DNA of 64,000 bases, taken from NCBI GenBank assembly GCA_913065025.1, contig CAJYAP010000001.1, forward strand, positions 49,545 to 113,544. Reading direction: 5' to 3'. Made by a program: the position numbers and the translations under genes. This DNA comes from an uncultured Gammaproteobacteria bacterium (lineage in GTDB: Bacteria; Pseudomonadota; Gammaproteobacteria; Poriferisulfidales; GCA-002705445). Shown here piece after piece: positions 20,006 to 30,658 of this stretch. Every line of letters starts with the position of its first letter. The stretch's first letter is position 1. The notes beneath the pieces are model-generated. The model worked only from the letters and a program-made list of their open reading frames with translations, was not told the DNA's origin and did not search any database.

Positions 20006-21397
20006 ATGAAAAAATCAAAAGTTAGTTATAGAATAGAAAGTGATAGCATGGGTGATGTAAAAATACCTAAAAACGCTTTGTACGGCCCACAAACTCAAAG
20101 AGCAGTTGATAATTTTGTTGTTAGTGATCTTATTATGCCGAAAGAATTTATCATAAGTACATTATTAATTAAAATAGCGGCAGCAAAAGCAAATTATAAA
20201 CTTGGTCTTTTAAATAAAAATATATCTGTTGCTATAACTAAAAGCGCTCAATTTTTAATTGAGTCATATGATGAAGGTAACTTCCCAATAGATGTATTTC
20301 AAACTGGTTCTGGTACAAGTACAAATATGAATGTAAACGAGGTAATTTCTAATATTTCAAAAAATAAGTTTAAGGTAAAAGTTCACCCAAATGATCATGT
20401 TAATATGTCGCAAAGTTCTAATGATGTAATACCTACTGCAATTAACCACTGCGCATATAGTCTAGCAATGACTAAATTACTTCCATCATTAAATACACTA
20501 TCTAAAGACATTGGTGCTAAAGAAAAAAAATTAGCTAGAGTTGTTAAAACTGGTAGAACGCATCTAATGGATGCAATGCCAATAACTTTTGGTCAAGAAT
20601 TATCAGGTTGGAGAGCTCAAATAGATGATAATATATCTAGTTTAAAAAATTGTCTTAAAAGGCTAAAAAGACTTCCTATTGGTGGAACCGCAGTAGGTAC
20701 TGGAATTAATGCCCATAAATTTTTTACAAAAGAATTTTTAAAGGCTTTAAATAATGGCAATAAAATTAAATATGTAGATAAAAAAAATAAATTTGAAGGC
20801 TTAAGCTCTCAAGACGATTCTGTTATATATAGCTCTCACCTTAAATCTATTGCGGTTTCTTTAATTAAGATATCTAACGATTTAAGATGGATGAATTCTG
20901 GACCAGGGTCTGGCATTTCGGACATTACTTTAAAAGCTTTGCAACCAGGTAGTAGTATTATGCCTGGAAAAGTTAATCCTGTGATATCAGAGTCTTCAAT
21001 AATGGCTTGTGCTCAAGTTATTGGAAATGACACCACAATAATGATTTGTGGGCAGTCAGGAAATTTTCAACTCAATGTAACCTTGCCAATTATTGCTTAT
21101 AATATTATTCAAAGTACAAATATAATTGCTAATATATCAATTAGCCTTGCAAAAAAATCTATTATTAATTTTGAAGTAAATAACTCTGCTATTCAAAAAT
21201 CTGTTAGCTCAAATCCAATTTTAGTAACAGCTTTAAATAGGATTATTGGTTATGAAAAAGGTGCTTATATTGCAAAAAAAGCATACAAACTTGGAAAACC
21301 AATTATTGATGTAGCGCTTGAAGAAACTAACTTGTCAGAAAAAGATCTAAAGAAAATATTAGATCCTTTAGCACTAACAAAAGGTGGCATAAAATAA
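20006..21397 (+). CDS. fumC: Class II fumarate hydratase
   Basis: RIESDSMG, QTGSGTSTNMNVNE, HPNDHVN, GRTHLMDA, GSSIMPGKVNP. Start is 20006 or 19982. Confidence 0.94.
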   Translation: MKKSKVSYRIESDSMGDVKIPKNALYGPQTQRAVDNFVVSDLIMPKEFIISTLLIKIAAAKANYKLGLLNKNISVAITKSAQFLIESYDEGNFPIDVFQTGSGTSTNMNVNEVISNISKNKFKVKVHPNDHVNMSQSSNDVIPTAINHCAYSLAMTKLLPSLNTLSKDIGAKEKKLARVVKTGRTHLMDAMPITFGQELSGWRAQIDDNISSLKNCLKRLKRLPIGGTAVGTGINAHKFFTKEFLKALNNGNKIKYVDKKNKFEGLSSQDDSVIYSSHLKSIAVSLIKISNDLRWMNSGPGSGISDITLKALQPGSSIMPGKVNPVISESSIMACAQVIGNDTTIMICGQSGNFQLNVTLPIIAYNIIQSTNIIANISISLAKKSIINFEVNNSAIQKSVSSNPILVTALNRIIGYEKGAYIAKKAYKLGKPIIDVALEETNLSEKDLKKILDPLALTKGGIK

Positions 21398-21398
21398 T

Positions 21399-24035
21399 TT
21401 AAGCAGCTATTTGTTTTAATACGTATTGTAAGATTCCACCACTTTTAAAATATTTAACTTCTTGAGGAGTATCTATTCTAACATTTACCTCAAATAAAAT
21501 TTTTTCTTTGCCATTGTCTGCTTCAATTTTTACAGTTTTTGCTTCACCGCTTTTTATTCCACTTATAGTGAATTCTTCTGTTCCATTCAAACCATGAGTT
21601 TCTGCATTCTCACCTTCTTTAAACTGAAGGGGAAGTATCCCCATACCAACAAGATTAGACCTGTGAATTCTTTCAAAACTCTCTGTAAGTACAGCAGCTA
21701 CGCCTTGCAGCTTGGGACCTTTTGCAGCCCAATCTCTAGACGACCCACTACCATATTCTTTACCTGCTATAATTATTGTTGGAACTGATTCTTTTTTATA
21801 TTCCATTGCGGCATCAAAAATCGCCATTTCTTTATTTGATGGCATATGAATTGTATACCCACCTTCAATATGAGGTACAAGTTTATTTTTTAATCTTATA
21901 TTGGCAAAAGTTCCTCTCATCATTACTTGGTGATTTCCTCTTCTTGAGCCGTATGAATTAAATTGATTTGGATTAACATTCTTACTAACTAAATATTTAC
22001 CTGCAGGACTATCTTCTTTGATATTTCCTGCTGGGGATATGTGGTCCGTAGTAACAGAGTCACCTAAGTATGCGAGTACTCTCGCTGATTTAATTTCGTC
22101 TATTACTAAATCTTTATCAGACATATTTTCAAAATATGGTGGGTTTGCTATATAAGTTGAATCGTCCCACTCATACTGATTATTTTCTGTGACATCAATA
22201 TTTTTCCATTCTTTTTCACCGTCATAAATATTCTCATAAGACTTTCTGAATTGTTCAGAAGTTAGGGAAGACTTTAATATTTCATTAATTTCAGTGTTAG
22301 AAGGCCATATATCTTTTAAAAATATATCTCTTCCGTCCTCAGTAGTTGAAATCGGTTCTGATGTAATATCAATATTCATTGAACCAGCTATTGCATATGC
22401 TATGACTAAAGGCGGAGAAGCCAAATAATTTAATTTTACTTCGGCATGCACTCTTCCTTCAAAGTTTCTATTACCAGATAATACAGAAGCAGCTACTAAA
22501 TTATTTTCTTTTATTCCATCACTAATTTCTTTAATTAGTGGCCCTGAGTTCCCTATGCATGTTGCACAACCGTAACCAACATTATGAAAACCAAGTTCTT
22601 CCATTGGCTTTAGAAGATTTGAATTTTTTAGATACTCGGTTACAACCATTGATCCTGGGGCAAGAGAAGTTTTTACCCATGGTTTTCTTTTAAGACCAAG
22701 AGCTCTTGCTTTTTTTGCAACTAGTCCAGCAGCAACCATAACTCCAGGATTTGATGTATTTGTACATGATGTAATTGCTGCAATTACAATATCTCCATTA
22801 TTAATTTTGAAGTTTTCACCATCAATAATAATTTCTGATGCTTTATTTTTTGGATCCATTATTTTAAGTTCTTTTCTGCATGATGCTTTAGCATCTTTTA
22901 GATTAATTCTATCCTGAGGCCTTTTTGGTCCAGCTATTGAAGGCAAAACTTTGGATACATCTAGTTCTATATTCTCTGAATATACCGCATTATCACAATC
23001 AGATCTTGTTAGACCAACAGTTTCTGAATATTTCTTTATTAAATTAATCTGGTTTTCGCTTCTATTAGATAATTTCATGTAATCTAAAGTTTCTTTATCA
23101 ATTGGGAATATTCCACAAGTTGCTCCGTATTCTGGAGCCATATTTGCTATTGTGGCTCTATCTCCTAGGGACAAGTTGTCAAGTCCATCACCATAAAATT
23201 CAACAAATTTACCAACAACCCCATGATTTCTAAGCATCTCAACAATATTTAAAACAAGGTCTGTAGCTGTTATACCTTCAGAGACTTTTCCTGTTAGTTT
23301 AAATCCAACCACTTTTGGGATTAACATAGAAATTGGTTGTCCAAGCATTGAAGCTTCTGCTTCAATTCCACCTACACCCCAACCAAGAACTCCAATACCA
23401 TTTATCATGGTTGTATGAGAATCTGTTCCAACAACAGTATCTGGATAAGCATAGTTACTTCCATCAATATTTTTAGTAAAAACACATCTTGCTAAGAACT
23501 CTATATTTATCTGGTGTACAATACCTGTGTCAGGTGGAACAACTTTAAAATTTGAAAATGCTGACTGCCCCCATTTTAAAAATTTATATCTTTCAGAATT
23601 TCTTTCATATTCAAGCTTAGCATTTAAATCAAATGCTTTATCACTTCCAAAATTATCTACCTGAACAGAATGGTCTATAACTAGTTCAGCAGGTTGCAAA
23701 GGATTTATATCATTCGGACTTTTACCAAGTTTTTTAATAGCATCTCTCATAGCCGCCAAATCGACAACTGCAGGGACACCTGTAAAATCTTGCATCAGCA
23801 CTCTTGCCGGTCTATAAGCTATTTCTTTAACTGTTGCATAATTATGCCAATCAATTATTGACTCAATATCTTTTTTTGTAACAGTCAAATCATCCTCATT
23901 TCTCACAAGATTTTCTAACAAAATTTTTATTGAATAGGGTAGTTTATCTACACCTTTAATTTTTGATATGTCAAATATAGTATAGTTTTCTTTTCCACAT
24001 GTTATTTCTGTTTTTGTATTAAAGCTATTCTTCAT
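21399..24035 (-). CDS. acnA: Aconitate hydratase A
   Basis: MQDFTGVP, DHSVQVD, DSHTTM, ITSCTNTSN, GCATCIGNSG, GNRNFEGR, TTDHISPAG, GSGSSRDWAAKG. Confidence 0.98.
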   Translation of the reverse strand: MKNSFNTKTEITCGKENYTIFDISKIKGVDKLPYSIKILLENLVRNEDDLTVTKKDIESIIDWHNYATVKEIAYRPARVLMQDFTGVPAVVDLAAMRDAIKKLGKSPNDINPLQPAELVIDHSVQVDNFGSDKAFDLNAKLEYERNSERYKFLKWGQSAFSNFKVVPPDTGIVHQINIEFLARCVFTKNIDGSNYAYPDTVVGTDSHTTMINGIGVLGWGVGGIEAEASMLGQPISMLIPKVVGFKLTGKVSEGITATDLVLNIVEMLRNHGVVGKFVEFYGDGLDNLSLGDRATIANMAPEYGATCGIFPIDKETLDYMKLSNRSENQINLIKKYSETVGLTRSDCDNAVYSENIELDVSKVLPSIAGPKRPQDRINLKDAKASCRKELKIMDPKNKASEIIIDGENFKINNGDIVIAAITSCTNTSNPGVMVAAGLVAKKARALGLKRKPWVKTSLAPGSMVVTEYLKNSNLLKPMEELGFHNVGYGCATCIGNSGPLIKEISDGIKENNLVAASVLSGNRNFEGRVHAEVKLNYLASPPLVIAYAIAGSMNIDITSEPISTTEDGRDIFLKDIWPSNTEINEILKSSLTSEQFRKSYENIYDGEKEWKNIDVTENNQYEWDDSTYIANPPYFENMSDKDLVIDEIKSARVLAYLGDSVTTDHISPAGNIKEDSPAGKYLVSKNVNPNQFNSYGSRRGNHQVMMRGTFANIRLKNKLVPHIEGGYTIHMPSNKEMAIFDAAMEYKKESVPTIIIAGKEYGSGSSRDWAAKGPKLQGVAAVLTESFERIHRSNLVGMGILPLQFKEGENAETHGLNGTEEFTISGIKSGEAKTVKIEADNGKEKILFEVNVRIDTPQEVKYFKSGGILQYVLKQIAA

Positions 24036-24057
24036 TAAAATTTATCCTTGTTTTAAA

Positions 24058-24666
24058 TTAACTAAAAAAGTTGTCGCACTTACTGAGAATTTCTTTTCTC
24101 CTAAACATCAGCTGCCATTTTGATCCACCATGATATTCCCACAAAAAGGTAGCTCTTATCCCACTTAACAATAAAGCTCTTATTAAAGAAGAATTTTTCT
24201 CTAAATATTCTTTTTTCCCAGATATTACAACTCTAGGCCTGATGATACCTATATATTCTGTATAAATTTCTTCAGAATATGTAACTAGGTCATTTAGATT
24301 TGTAGCTATCATACTATCTTCTTGGTAATTATCAATTTTTTTTCCGATCAAACCTTTTAAGTCACTGATTTTATTTATATTTTTTTGTATCAAAATTATA
24401 TTTAAAGCATACTTTTGCATAGTAATTATTGATATATTGTTTTTACCTTTTAGAATTTGTTTTAAAAGATTATGACCATCCATTAGATTTTTACAATCAC
24501 CATATATGTCTTTTGTTTCAAAAGTATTTTTTAAATAAATACTTTTGAGAAGATTCTCTGATGCCGATAAAGCATCATAATCTGTGGTAGCTATTTTATT
24601 AACAAGATAAACACTCTGAAGCAAAGCCGATAAAGAAAAAATATAATTTCTGTCGATTTTAATCAT
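24058..24666 (-). CDS. hflD: HflD family protein (DUF489)
   Basis: PRVVISG...IRALLLSGIRA..LW...GG.KWQLMFRR; follows mnmA. Confidence 0.88.
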   Translation of the reverse strand: MIKIDRNYIFSLSALLQSVYLVNKIATTDYDALSASENLLKSIYLKNTFETKDIYGDCKNLMDGHNLLKQILKGKNNISIITMQKYALNIILIQKNINKISDLKGLIGKKIDNYQEDSMIATNLNDLVTYSEEIYTEYIGIIRPRVVISGKKEYLEKNSSLIRALLLSGIRATFLWEYHGGSKWQLMFRRKEILSKCDNFFS

Positions 24667-25738
24667 TTGTTATTATCCCGCCACCTAAACATTTATTACC
24701 ATCAAAAATCACAAGCGACTGGCCTGGAGCTGGAGCTCTTATAGGTTCTTGAGATTTAACAGAATATAAATTTTTACTTATTTTTACTATGGTGCATTTA
24801 TATTTTTCTCCAAGATGCCTAATTTGGCATTTAAGATTTTTATTTAAAATATCATTATTATTATTAGTTATAATTTCTAAAGCATTAATTAAAATAGTTT
24901 TGTGAAATAAAAGAGGATTTGAGTTTCCCTGACAAACGTAAAGATTATTGTTTATTAAATCTTTTTTATATACATACCAAGGCAAATTTTTAGTATTTTT
25001 CATACCTCCAATTCCTATGCCTTCTCTCTGACCAATTGTTGTATAAAACATACCATTATGTTTTCCAATAATCTTATTATTTTCATCTAATATATTACCG
25101 GAAATGTTTTTTATATAATTACTAATAAAATCTTTAAATTTTTTATTGCCGATAAAACAAATACCCATACTTTCCTTTTTGTTATGTGATTTAAAACCTG
25201 AGTCTTTTGCAATTTTTTTAACTTCTTTTTTTTCTATATCAGAAAGTGGAAATATAACTTTTGATAATTGATCCTGACTTAATGTGTGTAAAAAATAAGT
25301 TTGATCTTTGCGAATATCCTTGGGAGTTGTAAGATAATATGCAGAATTTTCAATAACTATTTTTGCATAATGCCCAGTTGCTATTTTGTTTGCACCAAGG
25401 CTTCTCGCATGATCTGTAAAAACTTTAAATTTTATATATTTATTGCATAGTATATCTGGGTTTGGTGTATATCCATTTTTATAGCTATCAACAAAATCTA
25501 AAAAAATATTATTCCAGTATTCGTCAGAAAAATTAGCTGTATGGAGCTTAATATTTAATTTATCACAAGCATCTTTAGCATATATTAAATCTTCTTTGGC
25601 ATTACAGCCATTGGAATCATCCTCATCCCAGTTCTTCATAAATAAAGCTTCTACATTAAAGCCCTGATCATGCAAAATTTTTAGTGATACGGTTGAATCA
25701 ACTCCACCAGATATACCTATAATAATCTTTTCATTCAT
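24659..25738 (-). CDS. mnmA: tRNA-specific 2-thiouridylase MnmA
   Basis: SGGVDS, TPNPDILCN, ATGHY, KDQTYFL, SMGICF, TIGQR, PGQ. Confidence 0.97.
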   Translation of the reverse strand: MNEKIIIGISGGVDSTVSLKILHDQGFNVEALFMKNWDEDDSNGCNAKEDLIYAKDACDKLNIKLHTANFSDEYWNNIFLDFVDSYKNGYTPNPDILCNKYIKFKVFTDHARSLGANKIATGHYAKIVIENSAYYLTTPKDIRKDQTYFLHTLSQDQLSKVIFPLSDIEKKEVKKIAKDSGFKSHNKKESMGICFIGNKKFKDFISNYIKNISGNILDENNKIIGKHNGMFYTTIGQREGIGIGGMKNTKNLPWYVYKKDLINNNLYVCQGNSNPLLFHKTILINALEIITNNNNDILNKNLKCQIRHLGEKYKCTIVKISKNLYSVKSQEPIRAPAPGQSLVIFDGNKCLGGGIITND

Positions 25739-26187
25739 TTTTCTAATAAACTACTAATAATTTCTTTGGGAAATTTTTTACCAGCATTGTAATCATCTAT
25801 GCATTTTATAACCATATTGCTTCTTAAATTAATGTTTGGATTTAGTATCGCATCTCTTGGGAGCCATATTTTTCTTATAATATTTTTATCTAGTTCTCCG
25901 TTGGCTATCTCTTGTTTAATTGAGCATTTAAAGCAAAACCTAAGCCACATATCGAGAGAATTTTTATTTCTTTCTTGATATATCCCAACTAAATAATCAA
26001 CTTTAACTTCGTATAAAGTTTCTTCTAGCGTTTCTCTTATGCAACCTTCTTCTAGAGTTTCATGTTCTTCTAAGTGTCCTGCTGGTTGGTTAATAACTTT
26101 TGTATCATTAACATATTCTTCAACAAATAAAAATTTATTATCTTGTTCAATTATTGATGCAACTGTAATGTGAGGTACCCATGACAT
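25735..26187 (-). CDS. nudJ: NUDIX hydrolase, NudJ-like
   Basis: WxPHITVA, NQPAGHLE..E.......RETLEET Nudix box; precedes mnmA. Confidence 0.85.
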   Translation of the reverse strand: MSWVPHITVASIIEQDNKFLFVEEYVNDTKVINQPAGHLEEHETLEEGCIRETLEETLYEVKVDYLVGIYQERNKNSLDMWLRFCFKCSIKQEIANGELDKNIIRKIWLPRDAILNPNINLRSNMVIKCIDDYNAGKKFPKEIISSLLEK

Positions 26188-26204
26188 TTTATATCTTTGA
26201 AGTT

Positions 26205-26423
26205 TTATCTATCTCTAAAGGTAATTCTACCTTTAGTTAAATCATACGGTGTTAACGCAACTGTTACTTTATCGCCAGTTAAAATTCTTATGTAATTTTT
26301 TCTCATTTTCCCAGAGATGTGCGCAGTTACAATATGCCCATTTTCTAATTCAACTCTGAACATAGTATTTGGTAGAGTATCTACAACAGTTCCTTCCATT
26401 TCTATATGTTCTTCTTTCGCCAT
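26205..26423 (-). CDS. infA: Translation initiation factor IF-1
   Basis: [11 protein letters not shown]...[14 protein letters not shown]...[14 protein letters not shown]. Confidence 0.98.
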   Translation of the reverse strand: MAKEEHIEMEGTVVDTLPNTMFRVELENGHIVTAHISGKMRKNYIRILTGDKVTVALTPYDLTKGRITFRDR

Positions 26424-26572
26424 AATTTTTGTTTGATAAAATTAAGTATTGTATTATTTTTGTTTTTAAGTTAAAAAACTTAATAGAAAGTATAGCAGAA
26501 TTTTTTTTTATTAGTATATATGCTTTAAACGAAAATATAGTTTTGTAAATTTAATTTCATGGGGACAAATAA

Positions 26573-27499
26573 ATGAGTTTAGGTGTGTTATTTCCAGGGC
26601 AAGGTTCTCAAAGCATAGGTATGTTAAAAGATTTAAAATCATCTTACAGTATTGTTTCTGAAGTATTCGAAGAAGCCTCTGACTTATTATCATGTGATTT
26701 ATGGAAAATCACGAAAAATGGACCAGAATCAAAAATTAATGATACAGAATTTACACAGCCAATTATGTTATGTGCTGCATTCTCTATATGGAAAATATGG
26801 AATGAGGAGGGTGGAGATTCTCCTATTTATATAGCAGGACATAGTTTTGGTGAGTATACGGCTCTTTGCGCATCAGGGTCTTTAAAATTTAAAGATGCTA
26901 TAAAACTTGTTAAAAAAAGAGCTGAGTGTATGAAAAACGCGCCTAAAGGCAAAATGTCAGCAATAATTGGTATTGATTTTCATAAACTTAAGCAGTTGCA
27001 TGAAGAAAATACTTTAAGTGAAGTTAGTATTGCTAACATTAATGCTCCTGGCCAAATTGTAATATCCGGCACTGAAGAAGGTGTTTCTCAACTATCAGAA
27101 TTGGCTTTGTCAAATAAAGCAAAAAGAGTCATACCAATCCCTGTAAGTGTAGCAGCACATTCATCATTAATGATTGATCAGTCAAAAATATTCAAAGATT
27201 TTGTTGATAAAGTTAAAATTTCTGATCCAACCATACCAGTTGTTAATAACGTTGATGTAAAGTGCGAGATAAACGAGGCATTAATAAAAGACGCATTAGT
27301 TAGACAATTATACTCGTCTGTTAGATGGGTTGAAACTATAGAGTATATGGAACAAGAAGGTGTTGATTTTATGCTTGAATTAGGCCCTGGCAAGGTTCTC
27401 ACATCTTTTAACAAAAGAATTGATAATAGTATAAACTCAATATCTGTATCAGATTCTAATAGTTTAGAAACAGCACTGGAGACATTAGGCAACTTATGA
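26573..27499 (+). CDS. fabD: Malonyl CoA-ACP transacylase
   Basis: FPGQGSQ, TQP, GHSFGEY, NAPGQIVISG, AHS, ELGPGKVL. Confidence 0.96.
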   Translation: MSLGVLFPGQGSQSIGMLKDLKSSYSIVSEVFEEASDLLSCDLWKITKNGPESKINDTEFTQPIMLCAAFSIWKIWNEEGGDSPIYIAGHSFGEYTALCASGSLKFKDAIKLVKKRAECMKNAPKGKMSAIIGIDFHKLKQLHEENTLSEVSIANINAPGQIVISGTEEGVSQLSELALSNKAKRVIPIPVSVAAHSSLMIDQSKIFKDFVDKVKISDPTIPVVNNVDVKCEINEALIKDALVRQLYSSVRWVETIEYMEQEGVDFMLELGPGKVLTSFNKRIDNSINSISVSDSNSLETALETLGNL

Positions 27500-28239
27500 G
27501 TGATAAAAAAATAGTGTTAATAACGGGAGCTACAAGAGGAATAGGTCTGGCTATAGCAAAAGAAATGGCCAAAAATAATTATATAGTTCTTGGAACTGGA
27601 ACAAGTAAAAGTTCGGCAACATTGCTAGAAAACGTGTTTGAGAAACATAATATTGATGGTAAAGCTTATATATTAGATATTAAGAGTCAGGAATCTGTTA
27701 ATAAGCTGTTTGATAGTATTAATGTGGACTATTCAAACACTCCTGATATTTTAATAAATAACGCAGGAGTTACTAATGATAGCCTATTTATACGTATGGA
27801 TGAAAATCAGTGGTTAGATACCATAGAAACAAATATAAATTCTTTATATAGAGTCTCAAAAACATTTGTTAAACCTATGATAAAAAAGAGAAATGGAAGA
27901 ATCATATGTATATCTTCAGTTGTTGCTAGTACTGGAAATGCCGGGCAAACTAATTATGTAACAACAAAGTCAGGTATGATAGGATTCTGTAAATCTTTAG
28001 CTAGAGAGGTTGCTACTAGAGGAATTACAGTTAATTGCGTTTCGCCTGGTTTTATAGAGACTGATATGACCAATAAACTTAATGATGTGCAAAAAGAGCA
28101 AATTTCAAAAAATATCCCAATGAATAATATGGGTAATCCAGATGATATTGCATATGCAGTATCATTTTTAGCTTCAGACAAGGCGTCTTATATAACTGGT
28201 GAGACAATAAATGTTAATGGAGGCTTATTCATGCAATAG
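27496..28239 (+). CDS. fabG: 3-oxoacyl-ACP reductase
   Basis: TGATRGIG, NNAG, YVTTK, VSPGFIETDM, NGG. Confidence 0.95.
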   Translation: MSDKKIVLITGATRGIGLAIAKEMAKNNYIVLGTGTSKSSATLLENVFEKHNIDGKAYILDIKSQESVNKLFDSINVDYSNTPDILINNAGVTNDSLFIRMDENQWLDTIETNINSLYRVSKTFVKPMIKKRNGRIICISSVVASTGNAGQTNYVTTKSGMIGFCKSLAREVATRGITVNCVSPGFIETDMTNKLNDVQKEQISKNIPMNNMGNPDDIAYAVSFLASDKASYITGETINVNGGLFMQ

Positions 28240-28320
28240 TAATCATTTCTGGATTATCTTGCATATATTTAATAGAATGAGCCAGTTTTTAAACAAGCAT
28301 GACAACAAATAGGGGACAGC

Positions 28321-28554
28321 ATGAGTAATGAAGATAGAGTAAAGAAAGTAATAATGGAGCAATTGGGCGTGAAAGAAGATCAAATTACAGAAAATGCTTC
28401 TTTTGTAGATGACCTTGGTGCAGACTCATTAGATACTGTAGAACTAGTTATGGCCTTAGAAGAAGAATTTGATTGCGAAATTCCCGATGAGGAAGCGGAA
28501 AAAATAACAACTGTCGCGCAAGCTAATGCGTATGTGCAAGCAAATAGTAAATAA
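28321..28554 (+). CDS. acpP: Acyl carrier protein
   Basis: [20 protein letters not shown]. Confidence 0.98.
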   Translation: MSNEDRVKKVIMEQLGVKEDQITENASFVDDLGADSLDTVELVMALEEEFDCEIPDEEAEKITTVAQANAYVQANSK

Positions 28555-28586
28555 GTTTAATATATTCATAAATAAATAAATTTAAG

Positions 28587-29837
28587 ATGACAGATAATAC
28601 CAGAAGAGTAGTAGTTACAGGATTGGGTATAGTTTCGCCTGTTGGTTCATCCATAGACAAAGCATGGGAAAATATAAAAAATGGAGTTAGCGGCATAAGA
28701 AAAATTAGTTCTTTTGACGCATCTGGTTTCTCTGTTCAAATATCTGGGTCAGTAGTTGACTTCAATGCAGACGACTATATAACTCCAAAAAATCAAAAAA
28801 AGATGGATACATTTATTCATTACGGTATTGGTGCCAGTGTAATGGCCATTAATGATGCTGGTTTGGAAATTAATGAGGGTAATAGCGACAGAGTTGGAGT
28901 GTCCATTGGATCTGGTATTGGTGGATTGCCATACATTGAAAAAAATTATGGAAACTTCTTGAACAGCGGCCCAAGAAAAATATCACCCTTTTTTGTACCA
29001 AGCTCAATTATTAATATGGTTTCAGGAAATTTATCCATAATGTACGGAATAACAGGGCCAAATTTGTCCTTAGTTTCGGCATGCGCTACTGGAACACACA
29101 GCATAGGCGATGCTGCAAGAATGATAAAACATGGTTATGTTGATTGTATGATCGCTGGAGGCGCAGAAATGGCGACATGTCCTCTGGGCATAGGTGGTTT
29201 TGCATCTGCAAAAGCTCTTTGTTCAACAAATAATGAAAGCCCAGAAACGGCAAGCAGGCCTTGGGATATTAATAGAAATGGCTTTGTTCTTGGTGACGGC
29301 GCTGGAATTATGGTTCTTGAGGATTATGAGCATGCCAAAAAACGCGGCGCTAAAATTTATTGTGAAATAGTTGGTTTTGGAATGAATAGTGATGCACACC
29401 ATATGACTCAGCCGGCAGCTGGTGGAAGCGGTGCTGCAAAATGTATGAAGCAAGCATTAAAAGAAGCTTCATTAAATGATGATGAAGTAAATTATATAAA
29501 TGCTCATGGAACATCAACACCTGCAGGTGACAAAGCAGAAACAGATGCCATAAAAACAGCCTTAGGAATTGATAATGCAAAAAATACACCAATAAGTTCA
29601 ACAAAATCAATGATTGGACATTTATTAGGGGCTGCAGGAGGAGTGGAGGCTGTATTCTGTGCGTTATCTATTAAAGACAATGTGATTCCTCCAACAATTA
29701 ATTTAAATGATCAAGATCCTGAATGCGATTTAGATTACGTGCCGATTAATGCAAGAGAAGCTGATATAGAAGTGGCAATGTCTAATTCTTTTGGTTTTGG
29801 TGGTACAAACGGCACATTAATATTTAAGCGTATGTAA
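28587..29837 (+). CDS. fabF: Beta-ketoacyl-ACP synthase II
   Basis: RRVVVTGLG, SACATG, NAHGTST, KSMIGHLLGAAG, SNSFGFGGTN. Confidence 0.97.
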   Translation: MTDNTRRVVVTGLGIVSPVGSSIDKAWENIKNGVSGIRKISSFDASGFSVQISGSVVDFNADDYITPKNQKKMDTFIHYGIGASVMAINDAGLEINEGNSDRVGVSIGSGIGGLPYIEKNYGNFLNSGPRKISPFFVPSSIINMVSGNLSIMYGITGPNLSLVSACATGTHSIGDAARMIKHGYVDCMIAGGAEMATCPLGIGGFASAKALCSTNNESPETASRPWDINRNGFVLGDGAGIMVLEDYEHAKKRGAKIYCEIVGFGMNSDAHHMTQPAAGGSGAAKCMKQALKEASLNDDEVNYINAHGTSTPAGDKAETDAIKTALGIDNAKNTPISSTKSMIGHLLGAAGGVEAVFCALSIKDNVIPPTINLNDQDPECDLDYVPINAREADIEVAMSNSFGFGGTNGTLIFKRM

Positions 29838-29839
29838 TA

Positions 29840-30658
29840 ATGAACCTAGTTAATGGAAAATCTAGCTCAAGTATTTCAATATTTGATAGAGGTTTTCTTT
29901 ATGGTGATAGCATATTTGAAACAATACTAGTAATTAATAAAAAACCTAATAACTTAAATCTTCATCTGAAGAGAATAAAATCAGGCTGTTTATCATTAAA
30001 GATAAAAAATTTAAATTATAGCTTACTCTCAAAATACATCAATAAAGCATTAATTAATGAAAAAAATTGCGTACTAAATATTAACATTACCAGAGGAACA
30101 GCTAAAAAAAGAGGTTATAATATTAAATTCTGTCCACTTAGGCCTAATATTATTTTAACAACAAGTAAAATACCAAAATTTCCAGCTTCATACAAAACAA
30201 ATGGAATAAAAACAAAATTCTCGAGCATGAAGCTAAGTAATAGTCCTAATTTATCAAAAATAAAACATTCGAATAGACTTGAGCAAATAATAGCAACAAA
30301 TGAAATAACAAAAAATTTTCCAGAACTAATACTATGTGATCAAAAAAATTACATAATAGAAGGTATATCAAGTAATATATTTTTTATTAAAAAAAATATT
30401 TTTTATACTCCTATGATTCATGAGAGTGGAGTTGATGGTGTAATGAAATCACTGATAATTAAAATTCTTAAAAAAAATAATTATCAAGTTTTAGAAAAAG
30501 AAATTAAGAAAGAAGAGGTAAAAAATTATGACGGAGCCTTTTTTTGTAATTCTGTTCGCTTGATTTGGAATATTAAATCTATAGAAAAACTAAAATATAA
30601 AGAAAATAAATTTATAAAAAATATTATAGAGTTAGTTAATAATGAAATATATAAATAA
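29840..30658 (+). CDS. pabC: Aminodeoxychorismate lyase (class IV PLP enzyme)
   Basis: DRGFLYGD.IFET, ITRG...RGY, KHSNRLEQ, EG.SSNIF, GVDGVM, NSV; fabF-pabC-mltG-tmk order. Confidence 0.88.
   Translation: MNLVNGKSSSSISIFDRGFLYGDSIFETILVINKKPNNLNLHLKRIKSGCLSLKIKNLNYSLLSKYINKALINEKNCVLNINITRGTAKKRGYNIKFCPLRPNIILTTSKIPKFPASYKTNGIKTKFSSMKLSNSPNLSKIKHSNRLEQIIATNEITKNFPELILCDQKNYIIEGISSNIFFIKKNIFYTPMIHESGVDGVMKSLIIKILKKNNYQVLEKEIKKEEVKNYDGAFFCNSVRLIWNIKSIEKLKYKENKFIKNIIELVNNEIYK

Noticed and set aside
24058..24666. hflD as a sign of a prophage
   Set aside because: HflD is a host chromosomal gene in its normal position after mnmA.
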